A stretch of DNA of 64,000 bases. Source: Heptranchias perlo. Lineage: Eukaryota. Made by a program: the position numbers and the translations under genes. The stretch is taken from assembly GCF_035084215.1 (NCBI RefSeq), contig NW_027138580.1:496001-560000 (forward strand). The letters run 5' to 3'. This document shows, piece after piece, positions 23,880 to 34,852 of the stretch (position 1 is its first letter; each line of letters begins with the position of its first letter). Under the pieces are notes generated by a model that made no database searches, was not told the DNA's origin, and worked only from the letters and a program-made list of their open reading frames with translations.

Positions 23880-24220
23880 TGTAACTCCAGAACAATTGTA
23901 TCACGTGATTATCAATTAGTGTTAATTGTATTCAGATGGTGCATATCAATTGGGAACTCTCCTGTATCCATTTATAAGAGAGCTGATCAAGGGTGTGGTG
24001 TGGAGCGTTGTGAATAAAGGCTTGGAAGCAACTGAAGACCAGGCTCCAGTATTCCATCCCTCCCCACCGGGCTATCTGACTTTATGCACGGCAGCAGAGG
24101 ATGGCTGACTAAAGGTGGAGGTTGGAAACTACGATGTCTGTTGAAATACCTGCCCCCACGGGTAAGAGGGGACACTGTCCCTTTAAATTCAAACATAATG
24201 GAAAGAGGGGGACTGTAACT
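23880..24220 (+). mobile_element. Small LTR-retrotransposon relic (LTR, tRNA-iMet PBS, short internal region, PPT)
   Basis: TG…CA segment 23880-24088 with TTTATAAG (23971) and AATAAA (24013). Then CGGCAGCAGAGGATGGCT (15 of 18 to the iMet PBS TGGTAGCAGAGGATGGTT), a purine tract GGAAAGAGGGGGA (24200-24212) and TGTAACT (24214). Confidence 0.55.
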
Positions 24221-25090
24221 TTAAAAGAAATACTTGCATTTATACAGTTCCTTTCATGAACTCAGGACGTGCCAAAGCCCTTTACAGCCAACCAAGTACT
24301 TTTGAAGGGTCGTCACTGTTGTAATGTAGGAAACACGGCAGCCAATTTTGGGCACAGCAAGATCCCACAAACATGAAGTACCATAAAAGCAGGTAAAAGT
24401 GAAACAGTATTCCTTTAACTATCACCTATGCTGTATCGTTAAGAGCCTGACCCTCCCAGCAATACAATCTTTGTCAAGTGCCAGAAGTTAATGATGAAAC
24501 CCCAGAAAAAAAAATGGTTTTCCACACAAATATCTGTTGCAGTCACAGAGTTTTAAAAATCTGCTCTTAGCCAGAACAGAGAAGATTCATAAACGGTTCC
24601 TTCTTGCTATGTTGTAAAAATAATACAGCTCTTTGCAAAAAAAAAAATAAAACAAATATTCAGTTTTCCCCAACTCAGAACCTGATAGGGGAGCCCAGGT
24701 CTGGAAACACCGAACTTGATACCGCAAATCCCCACCCCTCCTAAAACACGACAGGTCACAGGAGCACCACTTGCTCCGCCCTCCAACTACTTTTCCCTAT
24801 ACCGATTGGTCCATTGCATCCGTCAATCAAGTCACGCCTGCCATTAGGTTGATCAGTACAAAAGAGGAGGGTCTCCAACTGAAACGTTAACTGTTCTCTC
24901 CACAGATGCTGAAGGTTTCCAGCAGGATCTGTCTTTGTTTCACTAAAAGACACGTGATGAATGTATACCTCAGAATCACAGGCCTCAATCTGCTTGGGAA
25001 AGAATTAGAAAATAGGAACAGAGGAATTGATGGACCAAAAAGGACCAAGGTTCATCGAGTTCGTCTTCTACCATCCTGGTAGTCGCAAGA

Positions 25091-25540
25091 TACAAAGCAG
25101 CCCGCTTGATTGGCACCCCATCCACCACCCTAAACATTCACTCCCTTCACCACCGGCGCACTGTGGCTGCAGTGTGTACCATCCACAGGATGCACTGCAG
25201 CAACTCGCCAAGGCTTCTTCGACAGCACCTCCCAAACCCACGACCTCTACCACCTAGAAGGACAAGTGCAGCAGGTACATGGGAACAACACCATCTGCAC
25301 GTTCCCCTCCAAGTCACACACCATCCCGACTTGGAAATATATCGGCCGTTCCTTCATCGTCGCTGGGTCAAAATCCTGGAACTCCCTTCCTAACAGCACT
25401 GTGTGAGAACCTTCACCACACGGACTGCAGCGTTTCAAGAAGGCAGCTCACCACCACCTTCTCAAGGGCAATTAGGGGTGGGCAATAAATGCCGGCCTCA
25501 CCAGCGACGCCCACATCCCATGAATGAATAAAAAAAAATT
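25091..25540 (+). mobile_element. CR1-group LINE family 'b' 3' fragment
   Basis: Near-identical to 15155-15590 and 27230-27680. Ends CACATCCCATGAATGAATAAAAAAAAA. Confidence 0.88.
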
Positions 25541-25792
25541 GATAAGGTGAGGAAAACCCCCAGTGGTGGAGAGCATTGGGAACCATAGGCCCAAAGTCAC
25601 CTGTTCCTCAGAAGCAATGCTGCACTCACCACAGGTCAAGTCTTAAATTACTCACACACTGTATCCCAAATTATCTTTTTTTTATTCGTTCATGGGAAGT
25701 GGGCGTCGCTGGCAAGGCCAGCATTTGTTGCCCATCCCTAATTGCCCTTGACTGAAAGAAATTTTTATCCAATTTGCATTTGAATGCTTTAT

Positions 25793-27680
25793 AGACAGAG
25801 CTAAGCGATTCCACAACCAACGGATCAGATCAAAGCTCTGCAGTCCTGCCACATCCAGTCGTGAATGGTGGTGGACAATTAAACAACTAACGGGAGGAGG
25901 AGGCACTGCAAACATCCCCATTCTCAATGATGGTGGAGTCCAGCACGTGAGTGCAAAAGACAAGGCTGAAGCATTTGCAACCATCTTCAGCCAGAAGTGC
26001 CGAGTGGATGATCCATCTCGGCCTCCTCCCGATATCCCCACCATCACAGAAGCTAGTCTTCGGCGAATTCGATTCACTCCACGTGATATCAAGAAACGGC
26101 TGAGTGCACTGGATACAGCAAAGGCTATGGGCCCCGACAACATCCCAGCTGTAGTGCTGAAGACTTGTGCTCCAGAACTAGCTGCGCCTCTAGCCAAGCT
26201 ATTCCAGTACAGCTACAACACTGGCATCTACCCGACAATGTGGAAAATTGCCCAGGTATGTCCTGTCCACAAAAAGCAGGACAAATCCAATCCGGCCAAT
26301 TACCGCCCCATCAGTCTACTCTCAATCATCAGCAAAGTGATGGAAGGTGTCGTCGACAGTGCTATCAAGCGGCACTTACTCACCAATAACCTGCTCACCG
26401 ATGCTTAGTTTGGGTTCCGCCAGGACCACTCGGCTCCAGACCTCATTACAGCCTTGGTCCAAACATGGACAAAAGAGTTGAATTCCAGACGTGAGGTGAG
26501 AGTGACTACCCTTGACATCAAGGCAGCATTTGACCGAGTGTGGCACCAAGGAGCCCTCGTAAAATTGAAGTCAATGGGAATCAGGGGGAAAACTCTCCAG
26601 TGGCTGGAGTCATACCTAGCACAAAGGAAGATGGTAGTGGTTGTTGGAGGCCAATCACCTCAGCCCCAGGGCATTGCTGCAGGAGTTCCTCAGGGCAGTG
26701 TCCGAGGCCCAACCATCTTCAGCTGCTTCATCAATGACCTTCCCTCCATCATAAGGTCAGAAATGGGGATGTTCGCTGATGACTGCACAGTGTTCAGTTC
26801 CATTCGCAACCCCTCAAATAATGAAGCAGTCCGAGCCCGCATGCAGCAAGACCTGGACAACATCCAGGCTTGGGCTCATAAGTGGCAAGTAACATTCGCA
26901 CCAGATAAGTGCCAGGCAATGACCATCTCCAACAAGAGAGAGTCGAACCATCTCCCCTTGACATTCAACGGCATTACCATCGCCGAATCCCCCACCATCA
27001 ACATCCTGGGGGTCACCATTGACCAGAAACTGAACTGGACCAGCCATATAAATACTGTGGCTACGAGAGCAGGTCAGAGGCTGGGTATTCTGCGGCGAGT
27101 GACTCACCTCCTGACTCCCCAAAGCCTTTCCACCATCTACAAGGCACAAGTCAGGAGTGTGATGGAATACTCTCCACTTGCTTGGATAAGTGCAGCTCCA
27201 ACATTACTCAAGAAGCTCGACACCATCCAAGATAAAGCAGCCCGCTTGATTGGCACCCCATTCATCACCCTAAACATTCACTCCCTTCACCAACGGCGCA
27301 CTGTGGCTGCAGTGTGCACCATCCACAGGATGCACTGCAGCAACTCGCCAAGGCTTCTTCAACAGCACCTCCCAAACCCGCGACCTCTACCATCGAGAAG
27401 GACAAGAGCAGCAGGTACATGGGAACAACACCACCTGCACGTTCCCCTCCAAGTCACACACCATCCCGACTTGGAAATATATCGCCGTTCCTTCATCGCC
27501 GCTGGGTCAAAATCCTGGAACTCCCTTCCTAACAGCACTGTGGGAGAACCGTCACCACACCGGACTGCAGCGGTTCAAGAAGGCGGCTCACCACCACCTT
27601 CTCGAGGGAAATTAGGGATGGGCAATAAATGCCGGCCTCGCCAGCGACGCCCACATCCCATGAATGAATAAAAAAGAATT
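25793..27680 (+). mobile_element. CR1-group LINE family 'b', 5'-truncated ORF2 (RT) with a premature stop
   Basis: NYRPISLLSIISKVME, DIKAAFDRVWH, GVPQGSV.GP, FADD. An in-frame TAG at 26406-26408 splits ORFs 25947-26408 and 26454-27671. Poly(A)-like tail. Confidence 0.92.
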
Positions 27681-28129
27681 GATAATGGAGTTGTTGACTA
27701 ATCATAACATTCAATCTCTTATCAATTAGTCTCCAACAGACCCAAACATGAGGTGAGGAAAACCCCCAGTGGTGGAGAGCATTGGGAACCACAGGCCCAA
27801 AGTCACCTGTTCCTCAGAAGCAATGCTGCACTCACCACAGGTCAAGTCTTAAATTACTCACACACTGTATCCCAAATTATCTTTTTTTTATTCGTTCATG
27901 GGAAGTGGGCGTCGCTGGCAAGGCCGGCATTTGTTACCCATCCCTAATTGTCCTTTACTGGAAGAAATGTTATCTAATTTGCATTTGAATGCTTTATATA
28001 CTAACTGCTCCCACCGTCTCCCTCGGCAGCCTGTGCCCATAGATTGAGCACTCGCTCCCTGAAATATAATCAGAATATGAAAGTACAACCAGTACCTGCT
28101 TCAATTCGATAACCTGTGTTGGAGATTTC

Positions 28130-28880
28130 CCGCTGCGACGGTGAAAAAGGACAGACTTTGCTCCCATCCCGGGCGTGCGGCGCTTCAATTCGTTTCCATG
28201 GCGGTCATCCTTACCCAGAAACCCCCGCGCCGTAGAAAGCGCCCTATCGGTCTGACGGGAGGCGAGTGCGCAGGCGCAGTCTCTGTCCCGAGCATGCGCA
28301 GTGCGGGCCGTGGCAAGAGAAGCTTCGAGAGGTAGGAGCGGAGCGGCGCGGCGGCCGAGTGCGGGCCTAAGGCCCGGAATGGCCGTGCCCGGGAAAGGGG
28401 AGAGAGCGCGGATCGGTGCAGGCTTCATAAACAACCGAGGGCCGGAACACATCAAACAGTCTCGGGCCCTCGCTCCTCCTCCGCCCGCACCCCGGGGCCC
28501 CGGTGATTCTCCTCACTCGCTCCGGCCGCCGGACTCTCCACAAGCGGCTGGAGCCCAACCCAGCGCACCCCAGGATGCACTGCGGGTCCCCGCCCACGTG
28601 GTGTGTGGTGGGGGAAGGGGCGCATGCGCGCTGAAACTATCGCGGCGGATAGAGCGGTTTCTGGCGCGCTGGGCATTGTGGGTACTAAGGCAGCCATTGA
28701 TGCGGACCGCGGTCAGCGAAATTTTTTTTTCGCACCGGTCGGCTGGAAACGCAGGCAGGTGGATTGGGAGCCGGCGGGCGATCCGGACCCTGCCGAGCTC
28801 CCGGCGTACCCAACGGGTATCCAAATCAAACCGAGAAGAGATTGGGTTAAATACATAGCAACCTCTCCTGGGCGACGTGG
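28130..28880. promoter_or_regulatory. CpG island, probable bidirectional promoter of ZNF-B (-) and ZNF-C (+)
   Basis: Lies between head-to-head genes. NRF1 motifs TGCGCAGGCGCA (28267), GCATGCGCA (28292) and GCGCATGCGC (28620). Outward-facing candidate donors CTGG|GTAAGG (minus, 28214) and GAG|GTAGGA (plus, 28332). Confidence 0.7.
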
Positions 28881-29419
28881 GGCTATCTGAGTCCAGTGGG
28901 GTCCAATAGTCTTCATCTGAAGCTCTCTTATGATTGATACGAATTATTCAGGGTGTATTTGAAATGGTGCACTTGATGGCTAGTTACCATCACCGTGTAT
29001 ATCGGTATAACCTCCTTCAGCGCAACAGCCAGCCTCAAGAGATCCCTGTTCCTCTGACTTCAGCCTCTTTTGCATCCCCTGCTGCCATGCTTGCAGTCAC
29101 CTGCTCCCACTCTCTGGAACAGCCCCCAAACCCTTCCTTTTAGACCCTCTTTATAATTCCAACATCACTAATGACCTGGTCATTATCACATTGCTGTTTA
29201 CGTACAATTTCCTGCAACAGTGATTACGGATTTACAGCTCAGAAGGGACAAGAAAGAAAAGAATGTTCCACGGGAATTGTATGTTTTTGAATTTCTATCC
29301 TGTACTTACAGCGCTGACTTTTGTAAACTCCTTTTGACAGGGTATTAGAAGGGGAGGGTTTGCAGACGGGAAACTCACGTCGGGATCCGACAGAGCCGCT
29401 CGATTCATCGGGACCTGTC

Positions 29420-30373
29420 ATGGAAGAACAAGGCGCCGATCACAGCAGCGACAGACCGTACCCGTGCTCCGTGTGCGGACGAGCCTTCAGCCGATCGTCC
29501 AACCTGGCGAGGCACGAGCGCAGCCACGCCGGGGGGCAACCGTGTGACTGTGCCGACGCCGAGCAGGGATTTCCGTGCCAATCCCAGCCGGGAAAACATT
29601 GCCACAGCCGCACCGGGGAGAGGCCCTACACCTGCTCCGTGTGCGGGAAGGGATTCACTCAGTCCTCCCACCTGCGGACACACCAGCGCATTCACACCGG
29701 GGAGAGGCCCTACACCTGCTCCGTGTGTGGGAAGGGATTCAATTCTTCCTTTCACCTGCTGAGACACCAACTGGTTCACACTGACGAGAGACCTTTCGGA
29801 TGCTCTGACTGCGGGAGCAGCTTTAAAAGTCCCGAGTTGTTGTCCCAGCACCAGCGCGTTCATAGCGAGGAGAGACCGTTCGGTTGCTCGCGATGCACCA
29901 AGAGGTTCAGACGACCGTCCAGCCAGCTGACGCACCGGTGCACTCACGCTGGAGACAGGCTGTTGACCTGCCCTGTGTGCGGGAAGGGATTCACTCGTTC
30001 ATCCCACCTGCTGATGCACCAGCGTATTCACACCGGGGAGAGGCCGTTCACCTGCTCCGTGTGTGGGAAGGGATTCACCCACTCGTCCAACCTGCTGAGA
30101 CACCAGCGGGTCCACACCGGGGAGAGGCCGTTCACCTGCTCCGCGTGCGGGAAGGGATTCACTCAGTCCTCCAACCTGCTGACCCACCAGCGGGTTCACA
30201 CCGGGGAGAGGCCGTTCACCTGCTCCGTGTGCGGGAAGGGGTTCACTTGTTCATCCTACCTGCTGACCCACCAGCACGTTCACACCGGGGAGAGGCCGTT
30301 CACCTGCTCCGTGTGTGGGAAGGGATTCACTCAGTCCTCCCACCTGCTGAGACACCAGCGTACTCACGTTTGA
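29420..30373 (+). CDS. C2H2 zinc-finger protein (ZNF-C), 10 intact plus 1 degenerate finger
   Basis: Acceptor AAACTCCTTTTGACAG|G puts the exon start at 29341. First in-frame ATG at 29420 (MEEQGAD…). The ORF-track start 29360 is TTG. Second finger is degenerate (CDCADAEQGF…HCHSR). Confidence 0.88.
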   Translation: MEEQGADHSSDRPYPCSVCGRAFSRSSNLARHERSHAGGQPCDCADAEQGFPCQSQPGKHCHSRTGERPYTCSVCGKGFTQSSHLRTHQRIHTGERPYTCSVCGKGFNSSFHLLRHQLVHTDERPFGCSDCGSSFKSPELLSQHQRVHSEERPFGCSRCTKRFRRPSSQLTHRCTHAGDRLLTCPVCGKGFTRSSHLLMHQRIHTGERPFTCSVCGKGFTHSSNLLRHQRVHTGERPFTCSACGKGFTQSSNLLTHQRVHTGERPFTCSVCGKGFTCSSYLLTHQHVHTGERPFTCSVCGKGFTQSSHLLRHQRTHV

Positions 30374-30964
30374 CTGCAGGGGTTGGATTCTGCTGTTATT
30401 GCTGCTGTTAATCACATCCAGGACTGAACCATGTTCATTCTGGTAGTTTCTGCTGATGTTAATTACCCCTATCACTGGATTTTATCCTTCTCAATATGTG
30501 GCAAATCAGTCAGCTTTCTTTCAGACTCTGTGTCGAGTCTTTGATGTCTCTAAGAGCTGACTGGTGACTTGTTCTGGACATTCCCAGTCCCTCTGTAGCT
30601 GTGACTGGGTGAGAAGATAGTGGGTTTATCTTACCTTTTGGGTGAATGGATGTCAGTGCTGGGGAATGGGACATTTTATCATTCAGAGCGCCGAGTCTCA
30701 GTGTGATGAAAACAGGTCTTTTTCTGTCTGTGATGAATTTTTTAAACTTATATTTTGTGTTGCTGGAATCAGCACATAAGGTATTTCTCCAAGGAAAACC
30801 CAACAGTTCAGTTCCAGACAAGCTGCCTGCGGTGTCCTTCATCAATGCAAATTGATAAAGCGAAGGACTTTAGTAAGTTCCCCGTATCGATTGGCTGCTG
30901 TTCACGTCTTCAATGACCCCAGTCGAAGATTGAGGAATGACTGTTTGTTCCAATGTGTTCCCTC

Positions 30965-31358
30965 GAGTATAAAAGATCAAGGGGTGATCTGATCGAGGTG
31001 TTTAAGATGATTAAAGGATTTGACCGGGTAGATAGAGAGAAACTATTTCCTCTGGTTGGGGGGAGTCCAGAACAAGGTGAGCAGAACCTTAAAATTCGAG
31101 CCAGGCCGTTAAGGGGGTGATGTCGGGAATCACTTCTTCACACAAACGGGAGTGGGAATCTGGAACTCTCTCCCCCAGAAAAGCTGTTGAGGCCGGGGGA
31201 CAACTGGAAATTTCAAAACTAAGATTGTTGATTTTTGTGAGGCGAGGGTATTAAGGGTTATGGTACCAAGGCGGGGAGATGGAGTTAAGATACAGGTCAG
31301 CCATGATCTAAGTGAATGGCGGAACAGGCTCGAGGGGCCGAATGGCCTCCTCCTGTTC
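30965..31358 (+). mobile_element. Short CR1 3' fragment
   Basis: AGGGGTGATCTGATCGAGGTGTTTAAGATG…GGAACAGGCTCGAGGGGCCGAATGGCCTCCTCCTGTTC. Confidence 0.85.
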
Positions 31359-32016
31359 ATGGGAGATGGAGTCACCTCTTGCTTTTCTTTCAGGGTCAAC
31401 CTGGGCCCGTTTACAAGCTGCCTGGTCACAGAGCAAAGCCTCAGCCTGGGCAGTGCCTTTGACTGACCCGCTGTGTCTCAGAGGTCAGGGACCCTGATCG
31501 GCTGGAGCCCTCTGTGATGGACAGTTGATTGGGTGGGGAATTTGCTCTTGCAGGAATTGAATTGGCAGTCCAATGTCGGTCTTTTCAGTCACAGTCAGGG
31601 CGTCAGTCTCGCAGCCAGGGGGCTGAATGTGTTTCACAACACGTGTCGTCCTGGCAAAGGTAAACGGATCAAGAGTGTGGCTGGAGCAAGTGAACGGTTG
31701 TCTTTAGAGAGAACAACCCTTTGTTATTGTCGTGTGGAGGAACGGAGGGAAATCCATGTGTTACACTGCACACTGTTCGTTACTGCCCACATAATACAAA
31801 TAAACCTACTGGTTGGTTCAAAGCTTGTGCCTCTAGTTAGTATCAGTGTGAGATATATTCCAGGAACCAGTACTAAGAGTATGGGCTTCCTGTTATGATC
31901 ACTCGAAATGTGTGCACTCCAGATCCTAGGGGCCGTGAGGTGCACTTATAAAGTGACCAGTGATGCTGAATCTGATAAAATATCATGGGTATTAACCCAA
32001 CAACAATGACAGTTAG

Positions 32017-33865
32017 CATCAAACACTCCCAGGGCAGGTACAGCATGGGTGACATACAGAGTAAAACCCCCTCTACACTGTTCCATCAAACACGCCGGGG
32101 GCAGGTACAGGGTTGGATACAGAGTAAAGCTCCCTCTACACTGTCCCATCAAACACTCCCAGGGCAGGTACAGCACGGGTTAGATACAGAGTAAAGCTCC
32201 CTCTACGCCGTCCCGTCAAACACTCCCAGTGCAGGTACAGCACGAGTTAGATACGGAGTAAAGCTCCCTCCACGCCGTCCCATCAAACACTACCAGGGCA
32301 GGTACAGCACGGGTTAGATACGGAGTAAAGCTCCCTCTACGCCGTCCCATCAAACACTCCCAGGGCAGGTACAGCACGGGTTAGATACAGAGTAAAGCTC
32401 CCTCTACGCCGTCCCATCAAACACTCCCAGGGCAGGTACAGCACGGGTTAGATACGGAGTAAAGCTCCCTCCACACTGTCCCATCAAACACTCCCAGGGC
32501 AGGTACAGCACGGGTTAGATACAGAGCAAAGCTCCCTCTACGCCGTCCCGTCAAACACTCCCAGTGCAGGTACAGCACGGGTTAGATACAGAGTAAAGCT
32601 CCCTCTACACTGTCCCATCAAACACTCCCAGGGCAAGTACAGCACGGGTTAGATACAGAGTAAAGCTCCCTCTACACTGTCCCATCACACATTGCCAGGG
32701 CAGGTGCAGCATGGGTTAGATACAGAGTGAAAACCCCCTCCACACTCTACAATCAAACACTCCCAGTGCAGGTACAGCACGGGTTAGATACAGAGTAAAG
32801 CTCCCTCTACACTGTCCCATCACACATTGCCAGGGCAGGTGCAGCATGGGTTAGATACAGAGTAAAGCTCCCTCCACACTCTACAATCAAACACTCCCAG
32901 GGCAGGGACAGCACGGGTTAGATACAGAGTAAAGCTCCCTCTACACTGTCCCATCACACATTGCCAGGGCAGGTGCAGCATGGGTTAGATACAGAGTAAA
33001 GCTCCCTCTACACTGTCCCATCAAACACTCCCAGGGCAGGGACAGCACAAGTTAGATACAGAGTAAAGCTCCCTCTACACTGTCCCGTCAAACATTCCCA
33101 GGGCAGGTACAGCACGGGTTAGATACAGATTAAAGCTCCCTCTACACTGTCCAATTAAACACTCCCAGGGCAGGTACAGCACAGGTTAGATACAGAGTAA
33201 AGCTCCCTCGACACTGTCCCATCAAACACTCCCAGGGCAGGTACAGCACGGGTTAGATACAGAGTAAAGCTCCCTCTACACTGTCCCATCAAACACTCCC
33301 AGGGCAAGTACAGCACGGGTTAGATACGGAGTAAAGCTCCCTCCACACTCTACAATCAAACACTCCCAGTGCAGGTACAGCACGGGTTAGATACAGAGTA
33401 AAGCTCCCTCTACACTGTCCCATCAAACACTCCCAGGGCAGGGACAGCACAAGTTAGATACAGAGTAAAGCTCCCTCTACACTGTCCCGTCAAACATTCC
33501 CAGGGCAGGTACAGCACGGGTTAGATACAGATTAAAGCTCCCTCTACACTGTCCAATTAAACACTCCCAGGGCAGGTACAGCACAGGTTAGATACAGAGT
33601 AAAGCTCCCTCGACACTGTCCCATCAAACACTCCCAGGGCAGGTACAGCACGGGTTAGATACAGAGTAAAGCTCCCTCTACACTGTCCCATCAAACACTC
33701 CCAGGGCAGGTACAGCACGGGTTAGATACAGAGTAAAGCTCCCTCAACACTGTCCCATCAAACACTCCCTGGGCAGGTACAGCACGGGTTAGATATGGAG
33801 TAAATCTCCCTTTACACTGTCCCATCAAACACTCCCAGGGCAGGTACAGCACGGGTTAGATACAA
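32017..33865 (-). repeat. 67-bp minisatellite, same family as 4268-5068, inverted
   Basis: Unit CCATCAAACACTCCCAGGGCAGGTACAGCACGGGTTAGATACAGAGTAAAGCTCCCTCTACACTGTC, about 27 copies. Confidence 0.95.
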
Positions 33866-34530
33866 CGTTCATGGGATGTGGGCGTCGCTGGCGGGCCGGC
33901 ATTTTATTGCCCATCCCTAATTGCCCTCGAGAAGGTGGTGGTGAGCCGCCTTCTTGAACCGCTGCAGTCCGTGTGGTGACAGTTCTCCCACAGTGCTGTT
34001 AGGAAGGGAGTTCCAGGATTTTGACCCAGCGACAATGAAGGAACGGCAATATATTTCCAAGTCGGGATGGTGTGTGACTTGGAGGGGAACGTGCAGGTGG
34101 TGTTGTTCCCATGTGTCTGCTGCTCTTGTCCTTCTCGGTGGTCGAAGTCACGGGTTTGGGAGGTGCTGTCGAAGAAGCCTTGGCGACAACTGAGTGGCTT
34201 GTTAGGCCATTTCAGAGGGCAATTAAGAATCAACCACATTGCTGTGGGTCTGGAGTCACATATCGGCCACACCGGGTAAGGACGGCAGGTTTCCTCCCCT
34301 AAAGGACATTAGTGAACCAGATGGGTTTTTACGACAATCCGGTAGTTTCATGGCCATCATTACTGATACTAGTATTTTAATTCCAGATTTTTATTTAATT
34401 AATTGAATTTTTAATTAATTGAATTTAAATTCGCCAGCTGCCGTGGCGGGATTTGAACTCATGACTCTGGATTTTAGTCCAGGCCTCTGGATTACTAGTC
34501 CAGTAACATAACCACTATGCTACCGTACCC
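33866..34530 (-). mobile_element. tRNA-derived SINE with a 3' part from LINE family 'b'
   Basis: The minus strand starts GGGTACGGTAGCATAGTGG (A box) … GAGTTCAAATCC (B box), continues through a core to ~34186, then ~320 bp matching the LINE-b 3' end. Confidence 0.75.
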
Positions 34531-34852
34531 AATGTAGACTAATATATAATGTGTACAGCACTATTACTAGACTAATAATATGTGTACAGTACTGTATTAC
34601 TAGACTAATAATATATAATGTGTGCAGCACAGTATTACTAGACTAATAATATATAATGCGTACAGTACTGTATTACTAGACTGATAATATATAATGTGTA
34701 CAGCACTATTACTAGACTAATAATATGTGTACAGTACTGTATTACTAGACTGATAATATATAATGTGTGCAGCACAGTATTACTAGACTAATAATATATA
34801 ATGCGTACAGTACTGTATTACTAGACTGATAATATATAATGTGTACAGCACA

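Noticed and set aside
31400-31980. Possible LTR or ancient repeat downstream of ZNF-C
   Set aside because: Has an AATAAA but no identifiable termini, PBS, TSD or second copy in the window.
34440-34530. tRNA gene
   Set aside because: A and B boxes are present but there is no complete cloverleaf, and it continues into a SINE core and LINE tail.
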